DNA of 64,000 nucleotides from Nitrospirales bacterium (GTDB lineage Bacteria; Nitrospirota; Nitrospiria; Nitrospirales; UBA8639): NCBI GenBank assembly GCA_965203295.1, contig CBDBCZ010000011.1, positions 224,001 to 288,000 of the forward strand, read 5' to 3'. Shown piece by piece: positions 54,586 to 64,000 of this stretch (position 1 is its first letter; each line of letters starts with the position of its first letter). The notes under the pieces were generated by a model. It saw only the letters and a program-made list of their open reading frames with translations, ran no database searches and was not told where the DNA came from. The position numbers and the translations under genes were made by a program.

Positions 54586-55409
54586 GTTGTGCTGTTTAGA
54601 GAAATTGCAGGTGTACATACGTACACGTATGTATTGCTAGAAACATACCGCAACTCTCATCTACACTACATATACATGTATGCTGTTATGCTGTTTGGAC
54701 TCGCTGTATTTACACTTGGCAGTGTGGTTAGGACTAGATTTATAGGAACAATACAGCATAACTGTGTCTACAATACACGTATGCTGTTATGCTGTTTGGC
54801 AGGTGTACATACACGTATATATTTGAGCTAACAGCTGATTTATTACCTGCACTCACCAGGCCACAGTGGTTGTTGGCTGGTTTAGTCTGACATGGAGTGT
54901 CAGACTTGTTTTACACAAAAGCTAAGCTAGGATTAAAGCCTCGGAACAAGGCTACTACATGTACAGATTTGAATCTTCCACACTCACTAGGCCACACTGG
55001 TCAGCCCCGTGCCTCTTCCTCAACTCCTCGATGCCGGCCGTGACAGAGGGAGTGAGCAGCAGGCCACGCTGGGAGACGTAGCCTGAGGGGGGAGGGGGAG
55101 GGGGGAGGGGGGAGGGGGAGGGGGGGAGAGAAAGGGGGGAGGGAAGAGGGGGAGAGAAAGGGGGGAGGGAAGAGGGGGGAGGGAGGAGAGGGGAGAGGGG
55201 TAGGGGGAGAGGGGATTGAAGAAGGGATGTTGGGAGAGAGATCCAAAAATCTAGAAGCTATACATGCATGTGGATGTACATACTGTATAATACTCAGCAT
55301 ACCTCAATCTCCAATTAATACTGAGGTATACACACTTTTTAGGTTGGCAGAAAAGTTTATCTAAGGTCACTGTTAGGATTGTCACTATATTTCCACCCCT
55401 TTATAGCAA

Positions 55410-55825
55410 TGAGCAGTGCCCATGTCGTAACATGCAACGGTGCCCACATTGATAACATGGAATGGTGCCCATGTTGTAACATGGAACAGCACACATGCTA
55501 ATTGCATGAAACAGTACCCATGCCATAACACGAAACGTTCCACATTATGGCATGGATGCTGTTTCCAGTTAAGGCACAGTTCCATGTTATGGCATGGGCT
55601 GTGTTTCGTGATATCGCATGGGCAATATATAGCTACAGTCCATGCCATAACATGGAACAGTGCCATGCCATATCATGAAACACAATACATGCCATAACAT
55701 GGAACACAGCCCATACCATAGCATGGAACACAGCCCATACCATGACATGGAACACAGCCCATGCCATAACATGGAACACAGCCCATACCATGACATGGAA
55801 CACAGCCCATACCATAACATGGAAA
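55410..55825. repeat. 24-bp minisatellite (CATGGAACACAGCCCATGCCATAA), resumes at ~58370-58665
   Basis: The same unit is seen directly in both arrays. Confidence 0.85.
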
Positions 55826-55839
55826 ACTATGGGGTGCCA

Positions 55840-56963
55840 TAGTCTAGTGCCCAGACCGTCGCTCCTCCCCCTCATTTTAACGGGCTGGTAGCTTGCTTTA
55901 AATTTCTTGTTTCTAACACCTGAGTGATCTGGAATTTTAAAGCATGAATCATATCACTGAAAACGTAATTAAACGTGTATGACGTGACCGAGCGAGCGTA
56001 AATCCAATAACAAAGCTATCACTGCACTGGCTATGGCTATTGTCGAAGACGACGACTGCTCGCAACTTTCCGGTCATCTCCAACTTGGTTTTACAGCAGT
56101 CTATACCACGCCATCTGTCCAGTAAACCAAACACTGAGTAGCTAGGCATGCTCTTACCGCCAGCTAATGCTTCAGGAATGTTGCCAACAGTCTGTATGAA
56201 GGTACAGCCTCCTTACAGATAGTACAATAAGGAGCCTTCATTCTCTGAACATTGCATTTTTGGCATGCATAACATCTTTCGATTATTAACACCCTCATGC
56301 TAGCAACACTCTCATGCTGGCAACACTCTCATGCTGGCAACACTCTCATGCTGGCAACACTCTCATGCTGGCAACACTCTCATGCTGGCAACACTCTCAT
56401 GCTGGCAATACCGTCATGCTGGCAACACCCTCATGCTGGCAACACCCTCATGCTGGCAACACCCTCATGCTGGCAACACCCTCATGCTGGCAACACCCTC
56501 ATGCTGGCAACACCCTCATGCTGGCAACACTCTCATGCTAGCAACACCCTCATGCTGGCAACACTCTCATGCTGGCAACACCCTCATGCTGCTGGCAACA
56601 CCCTCATGCTGGCAACACCCTCATGCTGGCAACACCCTCATGCTGGCAACACTCTCATGCTAGCAACACTCTCACGCTAGCAAGACTCTCATGCTAGCAA
56701 CACTCTCATGCTAGCAACACTCTCATGCTGGCAACACCCTCATGCTGCTGGCAACACCCTCATGCTGGCAACACCCTCATGCTGGCAACACCCTCATGCT
56801 GGCAACACTCTCATGCTAGCAACACTCTCACGCTAGCAACACTCTCACGCTAGCAAGACTCTCACGCTAGCAAGACTCTCATGCTAGCAAGACTCGCCTC
56901 TGTGAAAAGAATTTTACCAGACCCCCTTCACCGGAAGGGTGTGGGTGTCTGGGCACGACACTA
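55840..56963. mobile_element. TA-flanked MITE-like element (TAGTCT.GTGCCCAGAC termini) carrying a 17-bp minisatellite at 56290-56893
   Basis: TAGTCTAGTGCCCAGAC ... GTCTGGGCACGACACTA termini; internal (CATGCTGGCAACAC[T/C]CT)n, about 35 units. Confidence 0.65.
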
Positions 56964-56991
56964 AGGGGTGCCATAACATGGAGCACAATGG

Positions 56992-58321
56992 GGTGCCGTT
57001 TGTACCAAAATTGGGATATACATCACCATTTATATATGAGGGAGTGCATTTACAAATGAGGGTCTCCATATATATTATGAGGGGGTGCATTTATACATTA
57101 GGGTCTCCATATATATTATGAGGGGGTGCATTTACAAATGAGGGCCTCCATATATATTATGAGGGGGTGCATTTATACATTAGGGTCTCCATTTATATAA
57201 ATATAAGGGGCAACATATAAGGGCCTCCATTTATATATGAGGGGTGCATTTATATATGAGGGCCTCCATTTAAGGCCTCCATTTCATATATGAGGGGTCC
57301 ATTTATATATAAGGGGCAACATATAAAAGATAATGTATGCTACGAGTGCGTTACGTAATTCATGCCATAGTGCCATAAATTACGTAATGTATGAAGTAGC
57401 TCACATTATCTGTTTTATTGGGATGTCAGTAGCTCGAACACACTGCCTCACTACAGTTGTTGACTCTGACGTCATCGTTGCTAAGCGTATCCAGGTGATT
57501 GCTAAGCGTCGCTAATGCAGCATGAATCCGATTGGTCAATAGGCCAGCCGTTATTGAATTACTAAATTTGAACGCACGACGTAAAGTTAGCTGCTGGCTG
57601 TAGCTACAGGAACTTTTGCAGGGCATACGGTGTTTTTATTCGCTCGCAAAACAATGTGGTAAGCTACTGCTCTTTATATCAGCGTCTGTGCCTAGCCATA
57701 GCCAGGCTGCCATTCTATCGTTTTGTGCCAAATGGCGCTAGTATCAAGCTAACTGTGACTACTGAGCAACCCTTCGCGCTTGCAATAGTTGCTGGAAGAA
57801 TTTTTCTGCTTCTAGCTATGTATACGTAGTATTTAAAGCTTCTGTAAGCTGTAGTTTTGCCATTTCATGTCAAAATGAGCCCCTTATTGTTTACTGCTTT
57901 GTAAACTGTTTAGATACCACATTTGCTTGTGAAATTGCTATAATTTTGCAGCGTTCAATAATTTGCTGATATATTGCACGGCACATGACAACCTCACGAA
58001 ATATGAGTATTATACATGTAGCACAGGCAGTTTCTTTGATACGCCCACGCAAGTCACAATAAATATAAATGAGGGCCTCCACTATATACATGAAGGGGTG
58101 CATTTATATGTGAGAGACTCCATATATATATATGAGGTGGTGCATTTAGAATGAGGGCCTCCATAATATATATGAGGTGTTTAATTTAGGGCCTCCATAT
58201 ACGAGGGCACATATTTATATCTATGTCTGTATTTATAAAAGGGTACCTCCCTTTATAAATGCAGCCCATCATATAATAATAATGGTGACGTTTATCCTTG
58301 TTTTGGTACAAGTGATACGCC
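56992..58321. mobile_element. TIR element with sub-terminal GAGGG(G/C)...CATTTATATA repeats; partial copy at ~59690-59870
   Basis: GGTGCCGTTTGTACCAAAATTGGGATATACATCACCATT versus AATGGTGACGTTTATCCTTGTTTTGGTACAAGTGATACGCC (imperfect inverted); repeated ATATGAGGGGTGCATTT/GGGCCTCCAT blocks near both ends. Confidence 0.5.
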
Positions 58322-59039
58322 ATAACTAGGGGTGCCGTTTGTACCAAAATTAGGATATATGTAACACACCCCATGCCATAAGTTAACATGGAACACAGCC
58401 CATGCCATAACCTGAAACACACACCATGGCATAACATGGAACAGAGCCCATGCCATAACATGGAACAGAGCCCATGCCATAACATGGAACAGAGCCCATG
58501 TCACAACATGAAACACAGCCCATGACATAACATGGAACAGAGCCCATGCCATAGCATGGAACACAGCCCATACAATAGCATGGAACACAGCCCATACCAT
58601 AGCATGGAACAGAGCCCATGCCATAACATGGAACGCAGCCCATGCCATGACATGGAACAGAGCTCATGCAGATGGTGAGAACACACTCACTCAGTGGTCT
58701 TCTCTGCTCTCTATTCTATCTCCTGCATCAGAGCCTGCATGTGTGGGGACACAAGAAGGAAGAACATGTTTTCAATTAACAGATGCTACCTGTACACATG
58801 TTTCAGGTACATGCAGACACTAAAGCATCCCGCATGTGCATATACATGTGCATATCTGCAGGAATAATTATCCTGAGTGCTGGTAGTCTCATTCTGAACC
58901 CACAATGGTAGTCTCATTCCCAAACCATGGTGATGATGGGTGGTACCGTAGGACCGGTTTTATATGCGTAGTAAAGGAGAGAGAAGGGGAGGGGAGGGGA
59001 GGGGAGGGGAGGGGAGGGGAGGAATCAACAAGTTTAGCA

Positions 59040-59290
59040 AACACTATGTTGAATATACTAGAAATTAGCCCAACAGAATGTACAATGGCAGCGTGAGAAT
59101 CTCGAGGAAGAGACCATATTCTTCTAATAATCTGATTGAATGACACACTGAGAGTGTGCAGAGCAGGACAGTCTAGCCTCCACAGAGAGCAGTCATACAA
59201 AGAGAGAGAGTATGATTGAAGCAACCTCATCTTAGTGAAGGGCCTGTGGCTTTAAAACAATGCAGTACAGAATTGGCTTGGAAAAAAATG
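59040..59290 (-). mobile_element. LINE reverse-transcriptase C-terminal fragment
   Basis: Translation RLLQSYSLSLYDCSLWRLDCPALHTLSVSFNQIIRRIWSLPRDSH resembles post-RT regions of invertebrate LINEs. Confidence 0.55.
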
Positions 59291-60917
59291 CAATTAAATA
59301 TTCGGAGATTCTCTCGGTTGGCTAGTAAAATTCATCACGAAGTTTCTTCAATTCCAACTTGAAGTTTAACAGAAGTTCTTTATTTGCCGATGTCGGTTGG
59401 AAACAATTAAAGAACTTCTGCTGAACTTCGGTTGGAATTGAATAAACTTTGCAATGAATAATTTAAAATGTCATTGTCTTACGCTGCACAGCAAGCCTGC
59501 CAGACAGGTCGTGCTGCAAAGTGGTGCCAAGGTGAAGTACCGAGTCGAACTAATGGCAAGAGTTGACCACAAAACCCAAAAGCGTGAACTGTCAGGTGAT
59601 GTACGCATGTTAGTTGTGTCTTGGAGCGGATACCATGACACTCAGCATACTCTTTATAATGTGCTATATATGGAAGCATCCGTTTATAAATGCACCACTC
59701 ATACGTAAACATTGGGCCTCATTTATAATTGCACTACCTCATATATAAATGGAGACCCTTATTTATGAATGCATATGTCTGTATTTAAAACAGGGTACTT
59801 CCAATTTATAAATGCAGCCCATCATGTAAATGGTAATGTTTATCCCAGTTTGGGTACAAAAAAGCTCCCCATACTCAAGCGTCAACAACCACAGTTCAAA
59901 ATTGTGAATCAATTTCCTCATCGTGCCTTTGAAATAAAAGCGCTCACTTACACAATCACCTACAGTTGTGAATGGGTGAGTGCCCTGCAGCACAACTGTT
60001 ATACTTCTACTGAGCAGTCCCCAGAGTCCTGCTTTGTTCAGTGACGTCTCGGCATCTACAAGAAGTCTGCGGTACTTCTGAAGAGCCGGCAACCAAGTTC
60101 ACAGTGAGTTTCATATTTCTGTCTTTGTGGAGTGCTCTATTTCTATTTCTAATTGTTAATGTGAAACGAGCAGCCATTGCAAACTGACCGTGCTATAACT
60201 GATAATTGTAAAGGTTAGCTTCCATTGACATGCATGCACTATAGTCTAGACTACCGTATAGCTGAAAAATTTGGAGATTTTAGCATAGATACTGTATTAT
60301 CTATGATTTTAGGCCATATTTCCTATGTCGTCATACAATCGCGAACTACGAAGAATGGCAGGTACGTACGTACAAGACACTTCCAGTGGGCAAGTCTGCT
60401 AAACTGTGTAGATAGTGAAACTTGGAGGAATAGCGAGGAAGTCGAATTTGGCCAACAACAGTGATCCTTCGCACATGTCCATGCCCATGCTTCGCGTAAC
60501 TTTAATAGCTACTGTGCGTGTAGGGATCCTCGACGTTACTGCTCTTATATCACTGGCAGAGCGCGGGGTCAATGTAATATCCGTGGACTCCGCAAAATAC
60601 TGCATGCAGTGCAAGATAGCACAGCCAGTCACAGCTAATATTCAGGTTGGAGGCTACTTCACCAAATAATATTCCCACCAAATTTCCGCCTTGACCGATG
60701 ACACTCACTGAATCGGGTAGCCTCCAGTGCTGCAACTTCAATTTTGTGAAGTGTATTTCGTTTGTATACACTGCATTAGACAAGGAATTTACAATTATTG
60801 TTGTGACTACAAAGCAATAGCCTAGTAATCCATAGCTAGAGGTGAATTTGTTTAACTTACAACTGTAGGCCAGTGTTTAGTCAACATAATTACCCCAGTA
60901 TACAGATCTTGTATGTG

Positions 60918-61519
<602 letters not shown>

Positions 61520-61722
61520 AAGCAAGTGTGACACTTTCAAAGTTGGCTGTTGAATAAACATATATTATTGGTGTTTTGTGTATGCTTGAAATCCACTTGA
61601 TTCATGATCAATAAGCACAACTTCTATTCCCTCATTCTAGCTCGTAACTACATGTATGCAGATACATTATTATGTCATGCTGCATAACTAGTACTATGTC
61701 TTTTTTTCCATGCAGAGCAATC

Positions 61723-62708
61723 ATGAAGTTGTTTCACTTGGTTGCTCTGTCTGCTGCTCTGAGCTTTATACTCTTGAGCTCCACTTCTAATGGAGTGGTA
61801 AGACAATCTAACATATATTAATCCGTACACTAGCGAGTTTTTTTGGAAACCAAACGTTTCGAACGCTATACAGCGGTCATCATCAGTGGTATTAGAGGAG
61901 GTGTTACGAGCTGGTTTAGAAGAGGTAGTTACTGCTGATCATTTCTACACCACAGCAACTCCAATCCTTCCTCAAGACGGCACCACATCTGAGTATTTCT
62001 AATGGCGCCAATCCAGTTACAGTGTATCGCAATGGTGGTATTGTAAGAGGAACTACAATTGAATATGAGCAAACAACTGCCTTGCAAGTTGCAAAGGACC
62101 ATGCTTCTAATGACTTGTACGTGGATGTGAATCCACAAGGTATTGATCCACAGACACTGCAAGAAACACATTTTCTGCCCTGGGCGCCAAACCGTGGGAC
62201 GTTCATACAGTTAAGCCACGCTGCATTTGGAGAATGGTTCTTCACTTCTCAACTGACTGGCTGTGAAATATGGATTGCCCACGATCGTAACCCACACACC
62301 CAGCCGTTGATCATGCACGTCAATACCCATGACTGTCAGAGTGAACGAGAAGCGGGAGAAAGGGAAGAACTGGGAAGAGCTGCTCTCAGGCGTTACAACA
62401 TACAGTATCAGCGCCACTACGAGCTGCTTCATCGCATAATGAAGGATGTCAACAGAAATCCTCTGGTCTATCCTGATCCTGCTGGTTATCTCAATGGTCT
62501 ACACGAGCGGTTTCCTCACGTACAACTGACTATCTACGATGACAGTGCACTCTTCTATGGAATGCATCGCCAGCCATACTTCTGCGAGGATGAGAACGCT
62601 GCATACTATGGAGGGTGGACTTTCCATCTCAGGAATACAGAGCAATTGCAGTTTTATAGAATGAGTGAGTCAGGTGTAGATTTTGTAACTTTACAGCACC
62701 AACATTAA
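61723..62708 (+). CDS. Secreted protein with a CNF1/BLF1-like Cys-His deamidase motif (~275 aa)
   Basis: Exon 61723-61797 encodes a signal peptide (MKLFHLVALSAALSFILLSSTSNGV|GTAAG). A phase-0 acceptor at 61955/61956 joins it to the open frame ending TAA 62708. Motif HFLPW...WFFTSQLTGCEIWIA...PLIMHVN. An acceptor at ~61715 implies an upstream 5'-UTR exon. Confidence 0.7.
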
Positions 62709-64000
62709 CAAGTGTACTTTGTGCATAACCTCACACACATGTGGCAGTCCATGTACAAATCAAAATACTTTAGTGTTACAAATTGGGTCGCATCACTGCA
62801 TTCAAACTGCTACACTATATATCTAACTTCTGATATGAGCAGCTAGGGTGATACGCAATGTGTATAGCTACATCAATAGCTACTGCATTTACACAGTGCA
62901 TTTGAGCCCTGCATGCCCTAAACATACATGTACGTTCTGAGATACAGCACTTTGACTACGAGACAGCTGCAGATTTGACTGCCACACATGTACTTTTCTG
63001 AAGATGGCTTTGGTAGATATGAAATAGTGTGCCTACTAGTACAGTACCTAATACTATGCATTTTCTAACCTTGAAATCTATTCCTACCTTAGGAGAACGA
63101 AATTCCATTGCAAGTGCACTTTGTGTAAGGAATGTATTAAAATTTACAAAGTAGCTAGAGAGCTATAGGAAGGTTAGAGTTAGGTTGGGGCTAAGGTTAG
63201 GGTAGGGCCTAGAGGCCAATTGTTGGGTTGAGCTATAGCTATGTGGTGTCAGTATCGAGACCAAAGCTAGTGCACGAGTGTGTATGCATGTACTTCCCTG
63301 TACAAATTCCTGCTAGCTCTCAAGCCACATCGTAATTTTTAATCTGATACACTTTACTCTATTCTGTTTGTTTTTTTAAGGGCTGGCTAAGATATCTGTC
63401 TAGAGGGTATATCGGTGGCAGAAAGAAACGACAAACCCAGCCCACATTATGCAACTATATGACCACTACACTCAGAAGACATGCTCAAAGCAGAAAGCTT
63501 CAACTGTCAGAGACTAGAGGTGGGTAACCCCTGTCTTAACAATTAATTTCCTTTGAAGTAAGCACAATAACACTAACTGTTTTTCATGATACTTACTGGA
63601 CGCCATAATTAGCTTGTGCCAGTAGATACATACTAGTGCTTTGTAAGTGTGATGAAATAAGTGTGCATGTTAGAGCACTCTGGCAATACTTACTTCTGTG
63701 ATGTTCTCACATTCTTGACTGTTTATATAGTCTAGGTAATATAGACACCTGAATAAAGGGTTTATCTATTTAAACTCATGGAACTGAGGAAGTGTTAATT
63801 GGGTCCAGTGTGCAGAAATGGGCGTGTACACACAACTGAAACAAGGGAAGGTTGCTTCATTCATAAGTTGGCCAAATCCTATAATCCTGTTTTCAATTTC
63901 GTCAGTTCATTAACGGGAGGTGCCATTTCCTGCACCTGGCATATACTCTATAGCAAGATTATGTATCCATTACCTAGGCCTCCAACATGTACGTACATGT

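Larger units (their letters stand above)
53787..60480 (-). other. Unresolved spliced locus (chain of exon-like segments), product unknown
   Basis: AG/GT-bounded GC-richer segments at ~60375-60495, 59951-60118, 59482-59588, 58691-58734, 54988-55082 (GYVSQRGLLLTPSVTAGIEELRKRHGADQCGL) and 54151-53787. I could not join them into one open frame. Confidence 0.3.

Noticed and set aside
56290..56893. 17-bp and 24-bp arrays as CRISPR arrays or repeat-protein genes
   Set aside because: Units are head-to-tail with no unique spacers, there are no cas genes and the context is eukaryotic. The repetitive ORFs appear in several frames, as expected for minisatellites.
61874..61924. Extra 51-nt micro-exon in the secreted toxin-like gene
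   Set aside because: It is in frame but would need a 31-nt intron. The direct 61797->61956 splice was preferred; unresolved without RNA data.

Overview
Eukaryotic, intron-rich animal genomic DNA. The gene families (intronless kinase-coiled-coil-Kelch, CRE-type LINE, short TA-flanked MITEs) suggest a demosponge, which is an inference. Spliced gene models read by hand from GT-AG boundaries, left to right: (1) a VWA7-like secreted protein (minus strand, runs off the left edge); (2) an 11-exon EPHX3/EPHX4-like alpha/beta-hydrolase (minus) with an intact 352-aa frame, in which both catalytic Asp positions read Gly; (3) a GPR157/cAMP-receptor-like GPCR whose N-terminal half is replaced by a 5'-truncated CRE-like retrotransposon; (4) a deleted kinase pseudogene and a frameshifted kinase-Kelch gene; (5) three tandem 8-exon phospholipid scramblases, one lacking the [10 protein letters not shown] motif, with EPHX relics between them; (6) an unresolved minus-strand exon chain among minisatellites; (7) a tRNA-derived SINE; (8) a signal-peptide-bearing protein with an F-T-x-x-L-T-G-C...H-x-N motif resembling CNF1/BLF1-type bacterial deamidase toxins. 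Other notable structures are six 3' splice sites preceded by (CA)n-type tracts instead of U-rich polypyrimidine tracts, and a TTAA-flanked Kolobok-like element arranged as E-S-E-S-E with telomere-like (CCCTAA)n spacers. No database searches were run; all family calls rest on motif recognition.
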